DNA of 64,000 bases, from NCBI GenBank assembly GCA_958009085.1, contig OY253681.1:186001-250000 (forward strand). Direction: 5' to 3'. A model generated the notes under the pieces. The model was not told the origin of the DNA and made no database searches. It saw only the letters and a program-made list of their open reading frames with translations. Origin of the DNA: Protoeuglena noctilucae (lineage: Eukaryota). Of the stretch, positions 51,734-64,000 are shown one piece after another. The position numbers and the translations under genes were made by a program. How positions within the stretch are numbered: the stretch's first letter is position 1; each line of letters begins with the position of its first letter.

Positions 51734-53741
51734 ATGTCGTATGGGGGGCGGGGAGGAGGCCCCGGTCGGGGCGGGAGGGGGCACGGGAGGCAGGGCATGG
51801 CGGCCCCGCAGGCTCGGAAAGTCTGGACCTACATTCCCGAGAGCCGCATGATGTCTGAGCTGCAAGACTTGGAGACGCAGGCGAGTTTCACCTGTCGCGC
51901 ATAGCAGGTCCGGCAACTGTCCATCGTGCAGAGGCCTCATGCGTGCCCCGCTTGCCTCTGCAGATCGACGTGGCCATTGCGACGCGGCAAACGCAGATGT
52001 TGTACACCGCAGCGGAGAGCATGCCCAAGTACCTGAACCTGCGGATCTTCTTGTGGCACAGCACGCGCAACCAGCCGCGCACCCGCCGCCCTGCTGGCGC
52101 GGCGGACGGCGGTGCGGGTCCGCCGGACTCGTCGTCGGCGTGGGACTCGCCCGCCGTGCTCTCCGGGGCGTTGCCTGCGGAGCGTGATGGCGACCCTCCC
52201 AGCTGGACGCTGCACATCCACGGCAAGCTCTTTTCGGAGGAGGTGGTGAAGATCGAGTCGCGGATCCCGGACGCGCGTTCGCCGACGGGTTTCAAGCGCC
52301 TGGAGTCGCACGAGATCCGCGAACAGGAGGTGCAGGGGACGGCGCTGTCGGCGCTCGTGCGACGCATGGAAATCAAGGCGAGCCACGGCACCTTTCCTGG
52401 TCATGACCTTCTGCATGCATTGTTCTGACTGTCCGCTGCGCCTTCGCGCTCCCGTCTCACTGCAGCCGTGGCTCCGCTTCGCTCTCAGATTACGGCCCTG
52501 GACGACCCCAACGCACCTCCCTTCGTGGTGTCGTGGGACAAGTCCCTGCACGGAATGAGTTTAGTGGAGGGATTTGAAGTGCGCCGGGCGGGGTCCTTCC
52601 CAGTCAAGGCGACGGTGACGGTGGACGTCGAGAGCACGCCGGAGCTGTTTGAGGTGGATGAGGACTTGCAGGCGGTCATCGGCCTCCAGGAGTGCACCAA
52701 GGGGCAAGCCATCCACGCGGTGTGGAAGTACATTCACGCGCACAACCTGCAGGACGCCAACGTGCCGATGCGCATGGTGAGCCGGCGGGTGGCATAGCTC
52801 AGGTGGTGGTGAGGGAGCGAGGACTGCGCGAGGGTGGGCAGTTCCAGCACCGGCCGTCCCCGCAGACGCCCGACGACACGCTCCGTCGTTTGTTTGGTGA
52901 CAACCTCACGCAGCTGCACCAGGTCGGGGAGCGCGTGGACGCGCACTTGCGGCCGCTGCCGCCCGTGACGCTCGAGCACACCATCGACCCCGTCGCCTCG
53001 ACTACGGGGACCGTGGACGTGAGCGGAGATGGGTTTTCTTACCTCTTTACGATGCCCTGGAGCGCAGCGATTGTTGCCGCTGTTTGGGAGTGTCGCGATG
53101 CGTCTTGATTTGCAAAAGAGAGTCGCTGCGAGTTGCTTCCCCGCCCCCCGTCCCCAGGTCTTCAACATCCGCGTGATGCAGCCCACGATGGCGCCGCAGG
53201 GGGATTTCGTGCGCCAGGCAGCGCCCGACCGGGGCCGCCTGGGCGAGATCTCGGGCCCTCTGACCGACGTGGTGTCCCGCCTGGACGAACGCCGCCGCGC
53301 CCGGGCGCTCCTGCACGGTTTCTCCGAGTCGCCCGTCGACTTTATCACGCAAATGCTCGTCTTGCAGGGGCAGGACGTCCGGTACCACCTCGGTGCGGCG
53401 CCCACGCAGCGTGGCACCCTCGCTCGTGCTTTTACGCGACGTGGCTTGCATGGACGCCCGTAACAGCGCGGATCGCACGGCGCGTTGCTGCCGAGCTGAC
53501 GTCCATGCGAAGAAGCTTGCTTTCGCGTGTGTCTTTGTGCTCCGCAGACCCCTCCACCAACACGCACACGTACATCTTTGGCCGGCCCTCTGAGGTTTTC
53601 CAGAAGCCCTGGATCAACCACGCGGTGCTCAAGTACTTCTACCAGCGCAACCAGATCGTCACCGGCAAGCAGATCGCCGACAGGGACGTCGTGGGGCCCG
53701 ATGGGCACCGCAAGCCCCATACGCGAGGCGCTGGCAAATAG
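51734..53741 (+). CDS. SWP73: SWI/SNF subunit BAF60/SWP73 (SWIB domain)
   Basis: IPESRMMSELQDLETQID, LRIFLWH, PSWTLHIHGKL, GFEVRRAG, IHAVWKYIHAHNLQD, GFSESPVDFI, VFQKPWINHAVLKY. Confidence 0.9.
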
Positions 53742-53974
53742 CGGGCAAAAGGCCCCCCTTTGGCCCGTGACGATCCCATTAAGACCTCATGAGTTTCTTG
53801 GCAAATGCACTGGTGCTTTAAGCGCATCCAGGGCGCCTGTACAGCTTGCCAATGAGTCATGTCGGGGTGGCCTTGCCGTCGCGGCGACTGGCCGGCGACG
53901 AACGGGGCTCGCTGCTAGTTCCGCTGCGGTTCCGATGCGAATGTTTGAAACCACGGCGCCCTTCAGCAGTCTAC

Positions 53975-56900
53975 TCAGTACTCGCCCGGCCCGTCGCTGG
54001 CCCCCGCGGCATCCAGCGCGCCCATGCAAGCCTCGATCGACTCTTGTGCCTCCCTCTCCGGCAGCCTGCGCACGTCCCCCGCGTCCATGGCGACCCCGCA
54101 CATGGGGCACTGCGCGTTGGCCTCCACGACCCGCCTCATGCTCGACACGCGGTAGGGCATGAGACACGAGGAGCACGCGCCCCACTCCTCCCGTGGGACG
54201 CGCTTGCCGCTCGCCACGCAGAAGGGAAGCATCGACTTGCAGTGGATGCAGTCCAGGTCCGTCTGGATCAAAGGAACAGAGGGTTTGAGGTCTGAGGTCT
54301 GTCGGTGCCGAGCACAAAGTGCAGGGCATGAGCACGACGACGGGGCATCGGTATAGGCATGAAAAATGGGCATGGGTATAAGGATAGGCACAAGTGCAGG
54401 GCATGTAGGCTGCCAGCACCTCACCTCTGGCCCGTCCACGCCACACCGAGGGCACGGCACCATTTCCTCCGGCAGCTCATCTCCCTCGGCCCTCTTGCGA
54501 ACCACTGCCTCGATCTTGCGGCGGTACTGGGCGTTGACTGCGAGAGGCACGTCGTGAGAGATGCTTGAGCGTGCTGTCTCCACTCATCAGACAGCCGGAG
54601 CATCGCTTGGTTGGTATTCTGGCCCGGGCTGTCTACATCGCCTCTCACACACACACCCTCTCGCTCGCCATGCGCGTGCACACCACACCACACATCCCCG
54701 CCCCTCACCCTGGCTCTTGTACTCCGGTCGCATGAGCACGACGGCGTATTCGAAGGCCGTGGCCTTGAGCCCCGCGCGCTGGCACTCGATGACGGTGCTC
54801 GTGAGGATGGGCACGACGTGGAGAGGGAATTTGGAGATGTTGGCCGCGACGCGCGCCAGCATCCGAGCCGCGCCCACGTGGTCCTCCAGCTTCACCAGGG
54901 TGCGCACTGCGGGGAGGGCAGACGGATGGGACTGAGGGTGGTGCACCAAAGTGCGCACTGCGTGCCAGCATGCAGGCGCGGTGCACCCAGCGCTGTGGGC
55001 ATGTCAGTGCATCCCATGCAAACGCCACTGGAATCACGTCAGTGCAACTCAGAGTTGCACCGCAATCGCCCAAGCCTGCGCTCCCAATCATCGCGGGCCC
55101 CACAGACCCCTCCTCTACCACAGCGCCCGCCGCACCGCCCCACAGTGCGCCACCTTCTCCGCGAAACAGCCCCACCGCGGCTCACCGAGAATGTACGAGT
55201 GCACGAGGAGCAGCGATTTGGCCAGGTCCGCCGGGACGCGCTTCCCACGCTGCCTGAGCTCCCGGTACATCTCGAACAGACTGGCGTGTGCCGCACGGTA
55301 GTTGCCGTTGTCCTCCCGCTCCATCCTCGCGTGCATCACGGCGTGGTCCGCCGCGTCCTCGGGCTTCCCCAGCGCCATCTGCAGCTTGAACATGTACTTG
55401 GCGGCGAGCTTGCCGGCTGCAGACGACTGCTCCAGCCAGGACAGGACCTGCTCGGCCACGGGCGGGTAGCGCTGCACGACACCGATCGCCTCCTCCAGCG
55501 CCGCCTCGGAGCCGTCCCGGAGCAGCAGGTCCACCGCGCCGGGGTACTCCCGGCACCGCAAAAGGCACCGGGCCGCGTCGGTCCATTTCTGGCGCTCCTG
55601 GTAGTGCTGAGCTGCGCGGAACAGCACCCGCGCCTCCACGCCCTCCCGGTCATCGATCAGCGACAGGAACCACTCGACCAAATCGTGCCGCGTGGCCTCA
55701 TCCAGCGCCTCGTCCAGTCGGCCGGCAATGACGAAGAACTCCACGGCCTGCTTGAGCTGGCCCAGGTTGAGGCAGTACCGGGCCACCATCAGCGCGCCCT
55801 GCGCGTCCCGCGTCTTCCGCGCGATCTGGAAGGCCCGCTGCGGGTTTTTCAGCTTGTCCAGCAGCACCCGCACCGCGCTGGCCCACTGTCCCGCGGCCTC
55901 GTGCGACGCCAGCGCATCCGCGAACCGGCCCTCGGCCTCCTGCACCGCGGCGTACTCGGAATGCACCTGCGGGGCGATGGGGAACGCAGAGCCGGGCTGG
56001 GGAGAGGGCGGGGCAAGACATGCACAGTGCACTCATCAGGCGCTGCGGGGTTATGCTGTGCACTTGATGCTGCTGATGCGGTAGCGCACGGCTTGCAGAG
56101 AGCTACTGGGTTTTCCACCGACAGGCAAATATGCACGTCTGCCCCAGTACCCGTCGCGGCCCACCGCAAGCACCCAACCTGGCCCCACCCTGCAAGCGAC
56201 CTCTCGCCTGGACCGACTGCACGCGCGGCATGATGGGACGCAGCGCCGTCCAGTTCTTGCTGCGAATGTAGATGGCCGCCGCGCGGTCGAGCATGTTGGC
56301 GGCCACGAACATTTCCGCGGCGTCCGTCAGCTGAGACTGGCCCTCCAGGATGAGCGCAGCCTCGCGGCACAGGTTGCGGTCCCGGGAGTCCAGGCAAGCG
56401 GCCTCGCCGGCCTGGATCTGACCCGTCTGCGGCAGTGGGAAAAGTGGAAACGATCGTCAGCGTCGACGTGAACCATCGGTGGCAGATACCGAGCCAGCTG
56501 CCATGAACAGCCGTGGGCAGAGGGTGGTGCCGTGATGCTGCAGCGCTTCAGGTGTGACGCTATCACTCAGTGTGGCTAGCGTCACTGCCAGTGCCCCCCT
56601 TGCCACCTCTCCCCCAGCCCCCGTCCTCGCCTGCAGCAGCGCCCGCACCCTCCCCGCCACGCATCGCTCCACCAGCCGCGCGTCCCTGTCCTCCGCATCC
56701 TTGGCCATCTCCGAGGCCAGCGCGCCGTCGTAGTGCTGCAGCGCCGCGTCGTAGTCGCACCGCGTCTCGAGCATCCGCGCGTACTCCGCCGACACCTCCG
56801 CCACGCTGCAGAGATGGGGCAGAGGGGAGATGAGATGCGGGTGCGGGTGCGGGGTGTGCAGAGGTGCAGAGCGGATGTGGGATGTGCGGAGGTGCAGAGC

Positions 56901-59900
56901 AGATGCAATTGCGGAGTGCAGAGGCGCGGAGAGGTTGCAGATGCAGGACGAGGTGCTATAGCGGGGTGCAGAGTGCGCTCGCCAAGTGCAGGCCAGCAAT
57001 GCGGCGCTCCGCCTGGGACACAAAGCATCACCCACCAACCCCACCCGTGTCTCACCTGCCCGGGTCCAGGCTCTCCGCCAGCTCCAGCGCCTTGTCCCAG
57101 TGCCTCAGGTCCCTCCTCAGCTCCAGGGCCGCCCGCTTCTCGGAGCTGGCCAGCAGCAGCCGCTGGGCCTGGTCGTACTCCTGGTGCACCAGCGCCATCA
57201 CGTGGCCCGCCAGAAGGTTCTTGTCTTCACGGTCCTGCAGGCCCTGGAGCGTAATCACCAGGCCCGCGTCCCCCACGATCCTGCGATGGATTCAACGTAG
57301 GGAGGCGAGGGGTGAGAGGTGAGAGGTGAGAGGCAAGATGACACGTCGCATTGTGAAGCTGTGGGTCTGCGGGTGGGGCTTGAAGCGTGACGCAGTGATG
57401 CGCAGGTGGCGACGGTGGCATTCCCCACAGCGCCGACCTGCGCTCCGCACCCGCGCGCACCCATCGCCCATCAACAGGAATGCAACCAACATCTGCCACG
57501 CCTCGCCGGTCTCACCGCAGGCACCGTATCGCGAGCGCCAGGTCCAGGGAGTCCAGCGCCGCGAAGGCCAGCTGGGTCCACTCGGAGGGACCGTCGATCG
57601 CCTTGGCTGCCTCCCAGGCGTCCTCGAGGCGCCCCAGGGCCAGCAGGGCCTTGAACCGGTCCCGCGGGTGCACGGCGCCGTCCGCCCGCAGCGCCCGGTG
57701 GGTGTCCAGGACGAGGGAGCTGAGGGCACCCCCACCCACCTGGGCCTGCACGATGCCGTCCACCAGGGCAATGGGAACCGCGTCCCCTGCAGGCCGGCTC
57801 CACACCGAGCGCACCGAGGGGCCCTTGACGTGCGTGGACACGTGGAGGTACGCCATGAGGGCCTTGCGGGAGGCGGCTACGAAAAGATTGGGGTCGTGGG
57901 CGTCCCAAACCACGCGCGTGACAGTGCCAGCTGCAGCCACGTCCGCCACCAGCAGCGAGAGGCCGTTGGCCGGGGTGAGGAGATGTAAAGTGCCGTTGAC
58001 GTCCGCGAAAATGCACTTGGTCCCCGTCGTGTTGGGCCACACCGCCCGGATGCCGCAGGTGTGGGAGAACTCCTCGGCCACCGTGTTGGTCTGGGAGGAC
58101 AGGGAGAGGCTCGGCGGGTGGGTGTGACTGCGAGGCAGTGTGACATCAATTAGATCTCAATATGATATGTAAAGATCGAAAGTCACGCCCGTTTGACTCG
58201 CCATGAAGCAGTGGCGCTGGCTGCGTGTCGTGGAGTGGGATTCGAACAATTACCATAACCATTCTCACCTCAGGCGAATAGAAGCAGACCTTGCCCGACT
58301 CTGTGCCGTACACAAACATGGTGCTGGAGCTGGCCAGGCACGCGATGTTGGCCGGCTGCCCCCGCCCGGGGAGCACCACATCCTCCACGTCAGCCTCTGC
58401 GGATGGTTTGAAACATAGCAGTATTGGATTACTTGAGTAACAGCGCGCTTTCTCTCTGCAGAGCAGGGCAGCACACTCGCATCGGGCCAAGAGGATCTTG
58501 CTGCATTGCATGGCAAGACGCCTCATCATCTCGATGCATTGCTGCAGTCGAGCAGTGGTGCAGCACCACGCATACGCGCACAATGCTCTACTCCAGCGCA
58601 GCATCCGGCAGGCCGCTCTCACCGCCCCCGTGCTCCCCCGGCAGGCGGTGCACGAAGACGCGCCCGTCGGACTGCACGGCCCCGAACTCCTGAGTCAGGG
58701 CGATGCCGTCCACGGACCCCACGAACTCCTTCTGCACCACGAAGCCCCCGTCGACGGCGTTGTGGGGGTACACCCACGCGTGGTTGTTGAGGGCACAGGC
58801 GAAGTGCAGGGGCCCGCACGCCAGGACGGCCGGCTCGGTGGTGAGGCCCACTGCGGGAGGCGCGGCTGGGACGCTCATGTGAAGGCAAGGCACAGGACGG
58901 GTGACATGGGCAACGGCGTGCATGCTGGAATCACTGCGTGATGGCTGGACGAGCAGCGCATCGCACAGCGCACGCACGCACGCTTCCGCATCGCAAACAC
59001 CCGCCACGTCTGCCCCGGCCGCCCCGCCGCTCACCGGTGGCCACGCTCCCCTCGACCCCTGCGTTCCTTGCGTCCATGAGGCTGACCTCGTTCAGAGAGG
59101 ATAGCCAGCACATGGCGGTGCCGAACGAGGCGTTGAGAGGAGGCAGGGCCGCGACGAAACTCAGGATGGCGCCCTTGTCGTTCGACACCGACAGCACCTG
59201 ACCGTCCGGGGTCCACTGCGGGACATGGCACGGCATGTGGGGGGGAGTCGCTCAACACAGGATGGCATCTTCTGCAGCATGTGCGACCAGCAACTGCCAC
59301 AGCCGGGCACGCTCGTGTGCCGACCGCCGGCACTCAGCGGCTGCCGAGAGCGGGGTAACGACCACGCACGCTGCGGCGCGGAGGGTCGTGACCGACCCAT
59401 CGGGCCATGCCTCGTGTCCCTCCCGCACTCACGTCGAGCCCCGTGGCGATTTGCGAGGGATCCAGGGTGATGAGCTCCGATCGCAGTTCCTTGATCTCCG
59501 CGCCCACCTCGACCAGCCGCACCTCCTTCCCAAACGCGCACGCCGCACGGGACAGTGGACCCGAAAAGGCGCAAGTCCTGCGGGCCAAGCAATCACAACC
59601 GCTATGCTGTGCTAAAGACACGCACGCGTCTCGCTCGCAATCCACGCCCCCGTCACCACAGCTTGCGGTCGTCACTGTGTCTGGCACGATCTGCCCCCAC
59701 CACACCCACAACAGCACCCTCCCATGCCTCGCCTCATGTTTGGCATGACCTTCTCGGAGCAGACCTCCTCCTGCACCTCCCGCCCGTACATGGACTGCAC
59801 GATGACCTGCCCGCTGGAGAAGGCGATCGCGATGTAGCCCTTCCCGAACCAGTGGTGCGTCAGTATCGTGCCGTAAACTGGCAGGAACTGCAGCTCCATC

Positions 59901-61569
59901 GGCGTCTCCTCTGTACCTGACTGCGTGATTTTCACCACGTAGAGGCGCTTGGCATCCAACACCTGCAGAAAGGGAGGGCGAGAAAGTCAGGGTGCGCCTC
60001 AAGCTGCGGGGTAGTGGGGCTGACGCAAAACAGGAGTGATCCCATCTCTCACCACAGACAGCCCCACACAGCCACCTCTCAGCACCAACCCCATCTCTCA
60101 CCACAGACAGTTCCAGACAGCCACCTCTTAGCACCAATCCCATCTCTCACCACAGACAGCCACCCGGGCGGCAGCTTCCCTGCAACCGCCAGCTCCGGCC
60201 CACCCAGGGCGTCCCAGGCCAGCTCGGAGGGCATGGACGTGAAAGAGAACGTGCGGATGACCTGGAACGTCTCCGCTTGGATGACCGAGACGCTGCGGTC
60301 GTCGGAAGACAACGCAAAGCGGCCCGCGCCGACCCCAACGATGGCACCGATGCGCTTGGTGTGGATGCCAGCGCGACCCACGACCTTCTGCGTGCGCTCA
60401 TCGTACACTGTGACGCTGCCCTTGACTGCGGGGTGCAACAGCAGGGGCGGCTGTCTCGCATCCAGCGGCACGGGGGCGGCGGGCGGTTGCGAGGCTGTGA
60501 CGGTGCGGGGTTATGATGAGCAAAAGGCCCAAAGACGCGATTCAGGCTTGGCGGAGAGGAACAGCGCTGCCACGGAACGCACGATCGCGACGGCTGCTGT
60601 TACTTGGGGCCCGCCAGACCCCGCTTTCATTGCTGCGGTGGCGCGGCCTCACCTGTACCGAGCACGAGCACCGGCAAGTGGGGGTCCCACCCTGCGGCCG
60701 TGACCTCTCGCGAGGGCAGGTTGTGGTTGTCGAGGGAAGCCCGCGACCAGATTTGCAGTGCCTGCCCCGTCTTGGTCACGCACGCCTGCAGAGATGCAAG
60801 AGCACTTTCTCGCCTAGGAAAGGCACAGCTATGATAATATGATATGAACGACGCGTGGGTATCACGATGGCAATCGTGAGAGGGCGCCCAGCAGTCCTGA
60901 GCCCGCCAGACTGGCCCCTCGCTGCCCCTGCAAGCGCCCACGCACCAGACGGTCGCCCGCCGCATCCCACTCGAGCACCGAGCACATGGGGCCCCCGCCC
61001 CGGGACATGGCCATCGCCTTCTCCTTCTCATCCATAGTCATCGCAAAGTCCGCCTCGACCTGGCCCTTCCTGCAGAGACACCACGCTGCATGTGTTGGGG
61101 CGCAGCTGCAGCGAAAAGGCCACGGGGCCAGCCGGCCGGGGCGTGACGCGCCTGTTGTAAATCTGCACGGCGAAACGACTGCCGTTGACAGCGAGGAGGT
61201 CGCCCCGCGTCGACCATTTGAAGATGAGGCCCGGCTGGCCCGTGTCATTCACTTTGATCGTGAACAGGTCCTTCTGCGGAGGCCGTGGGGAGTAATTGGG
61301 TATGCCATCAGCAGGTATGCGAACAAAGGTCTCCACAGAAGGCGACACCGGTGGAATCCGGGAGAGGGCGCGGGGCTGGACTGGCAACAGCGACGCCGAG
61401 CCATTCCCAGCCCCCGCGAGGCGCGCGGGGGGGCTGGGCAGCGGCGCAAGGTCGGTCTGGTGGCTGATAAGGCCATGAATTGTCATGACACATTGCGACT
61501 TCGCAGGCTCCGGCTTCCCACCGGCCCCTGCTACCCTCGCAGCGCTCCAGAGGCTCGCCCGCTCACCAT
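53975..61569 (-). CDS. WDR19: Intraflagellar transport protein 144 (WD40 + TPR + C-terminal zinc ribbon)
   Basis: [115 protein letters not shown]. Confidence 0.95.
56808..56975. repeat. Degenerate (g)tgcagag-type short repeats in a WDR19 intron
   Basis: Recurrent gtgcagag / tgcggag / tgcagat units. Confidence 0.55.
60041..60163. repeat. Minisatellite of about 49 bp (about 2.5 copies) in a WDR19 intron
   Basis: cccatctctcaccacagacag occurs three times, with intervening cagccacctct(c/t)agcaccaa. Confidence 0.85.
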
Positions 61570-61898
61570 CCTGTCGCCCCGCTTCCCCCTCCGCAGCGGC
61601 GCTGCAACAGCAAGGTCTCAAATCTTAGCTGCAAGGTCTAGAGCATCCATGCAGGCGTCGTGTGGCGCACCATCTAGCGTGACATGCTCAAAACCCGAAA
61701 GCGCTCGCGCAAACCATCAGCGGTCTAGGTCCATCGCGGCCAGGCACATCGCATCCGATAACTGCGAGATGGCAAGGCCAAATCCGCATTCCCCTCCGGC
61801 GCTTGGGTCCGTTTACTGGCAGGGGCTCTCCCCAGCTCCCTGCCCCGCGCTCCTTGGGTCGGGACGACGCTCCTCCACCGCCCTCTTCCTTCGCTAAG

Positions 61899-64000
61899 AT
61901 GTCCGCATTATCGTCCGTGCTGCGAGTGACGGCGCTCGCCGCGCCCGCGCAGGTGGGAAGCGACAGGGGGCTCGAAGCGTGCCCTCACCGCGCGAGCAGA
62001 CGGATTCGCATGCGTGTTTGACATCGGGTGGCGCAGCGTCTTTCGGCTCGGGCTGTCCGCGCTCGCACACCGACCGGCACTTCTGTGGGCAGCGGCGTGT
62101 CGACGGGAGAGCTCCCCCGGCCGTTATATCCATCCCCTGTGCTTGTTTTCGTACCCTGGCGCCCCGGGATGCCTCGGCCGGCGCTCCACGGGGCGTATTT
62201 CGTCCCAGTCCAAACGCTGGTTTTTTTTGTGGGGCGCTGGGGCGGTGCCGCGCCCTCGCTTTCGGCATAGGGGCGCGGCTCGTGCAGATGCATTTCGCAA
62301 AGGCGCGGGTTGTCCCAGAGAGCCTTCCCGTGATCGCGCTGGGTCATCGCGCCGGGTCATCGGGCTCCTTGCGGCCCTGTCGATCGCGGGGCGCAGGGGT
62401 GCCGGGTTTTCAATTACCAGCGGTCTCGTCGACTGCGACTGCTCGCTGTGGGCTTGCCCGCCGCCGCGCCCGGTCCCAGGCTCGGGGTCGCGAGGACCCA
62501 CAAGCCGACTATCCGTTCCGTGTTCGCAGGCGCGGAGCCCGGCGCGGACCCCGCTGGTTCGGTCCCGCTCTGCTAATGTCAACAGGTGCGTTCGGCGCAT
62601 CTCCCGGCGTCCCGCGCCCCTGGGCGGTCCCGGAGACTCGCGCACCAGGCTCCCCTTTGCGGGCCTCCCGGTCGCAGGGCGCGGCCTCCCCGACGCCGCC
62701 CTCCGCCCAGCAAGCTCTTTGTCATGATCGCGAGTTTCCTGCCTGCGCGCCTTCCCCTGCAGGTCCAGGAGCGTGACGCTGCGGGTGGCTGCTGGGACGG
62801 AGGCGGAGCCCGCGAGCGAGGCGGTGGAGGCGAAGGCGAAGGAGGCGCCGAAGGAGGCCAAGATGCCGCTGTCGGAGGTCGTGGTGGGCAAGACGTACAA
62901 GGGCGTGGTCCGCAACGTCCAGGTGCGTCGGCGCGAGCTCCATTTCCTGGCTGTCGCTTTCTCGAGGTCCCGCGCGCCCCGCGACGCGCCCCGCCGCCCC
63001 GCACGCAGACCTACGGCGCGTTCGTGGACATCGGCGCCGCGTCGGACGGGCTCGTGCACATCTCGCAGCTCTCGACGTCGTTCGTGAAGGACCCGAAGGA
63101 GGTCGTGAAGAGCGGCCAGGAGGTGGAGGTGCGCGTGCTGTCGCTGGACATGGCGGCCAAGCGCGTGGCGCTGACGATGCGTTCGGAGGGCGAGGAGCGC
63201 CCCCGCCGCGAGCGCCGGAAGCGCCGCGAGGGGCAGGAGGGCGAGGGCCAGGTCCAGGGCGACCGCCCGCGCCGCGAGCGCCGGGAGCGCCGCGAGGGGC
63301 AGGAGGGCGAGGGCGAGGGCCGCATGGAGCGCCGCGGCAAGGTGGCGCGGGCCTCCAAGCCCCGCGCCGAGCGCAAGGCGGTGCCCTTCAAGGTCGGCGA
63401 TGTGGTGAAGGGCCAGGTGGCGCGCATCCTGCCGTACGGGGTGTTTGTGTCCCTGGTGGAGGGCGTGGAGGGGCTCCTGCACCAGTCCGAGGTGCAGACG
63501 CAGGAGATGGAGCCCAACCTGCGGTCCATGTTCGTGGAGGGGCAGGAGGTGGAGGTGCGGGTGCTGTCGGTGGAGGGCGGCAAGGTGTCGGTGACGCAGA
63601 AGTCGGAGGAGGAGCGCAAGCCCTTCCGCGGGGCGTCGGCCACGGTGGATCCCTCGACGGTCAAGACGGCGCTCGAGTACCAGATGGCCAAGGCGGGCCT
63701 CAAGGCCTCGATGTTCAAGGTGGCGACCGCATGAGCGACGCGCGGCGCGGCGTAGTGCGCGCCGTAGCCCTCGGCCGGCCCGCTGCGGGCCGTTGAAGGA
63801 GGGCGGCCCTCGCTGGCGCCTCCGGCCCTGCGCTGCGCTACCTGCCGGCCTCGTGGCGATGCGATCTCAACGCACCGCCCCTGCGCTGTGCCCAGGCACC
63901 GAACCAGGCGGACAAGGACGCCAAGGCGAGTACCGCCAAGGCCGCTCCTGCCCCCGCTGCCGAGGCCAAGGCTGCTCCTGCAGAGGCCAAGACCGCCCCT
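61899..64000 (+). CDS. Plastid S1-domain protein, PSRP-7 / EF-Ts polyprotein (PETs)-like; 3'-truncated
   Basis: Transit peptide spread over three exons; two S1 domains ([59 protein letters not shown]); a further Ala/Lys/Pro-rich exon from 63896. EF-Ts domains are not in the window, so the polyprotein call is inferred. Confidence 0.75.

Overview
This is eukaryotic nuclear DNA, not a prokaryotic locus. It is very GC-rich and gene-dense, with many short spliceosomal introns. The plastid, flagellar and selenoprotein genes and the TGTAA poly(A)-like signals point to a flagellate-capable chlorophyte green alga; the exact taxon cannot be determined here. I reconstructed about 25 spliced genes by hand: PEX22 (partial), a Ser/Thr kinase, a CRT-like transporter, STN8/STL1, SDH2, roadblock/LC7, selenoprotein K, XAP5, SnRK1-alpha, TEX47/MOT7 (DYBLUP-like), ESF1, a GNAT, a TrmK-like methyltransferase, a REC8-type kleisin, RPN12, VPS33, BUD32, BAF60, WDR19/IFT144, an S1-domain PSRP-7/EF-Ts-type gene (partial) and several unknowns. 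Most ORFs in the supplied track are antisense or unspliced artefacts. The most notable signals are: (1) about 25 frame-supported GC-AG introns, roughly a fifth of all introns by manual count; (2) a selenoprotein K gene with an in-frame UGA and a type-II SECIS; (3) a bacterial-type TrmK with an intron and an N-terminal extension; (4) a kinase/degenerate RING/beta-helix fusion gene; (5) an intronless, frameshifted F-box-ankyrin gene; (6) a meiotic REC8-like gene only about 170 bp downstream of RPN12. Family calls come from recognised motifs without database searches, and gene ends are manual and approximate where stated.
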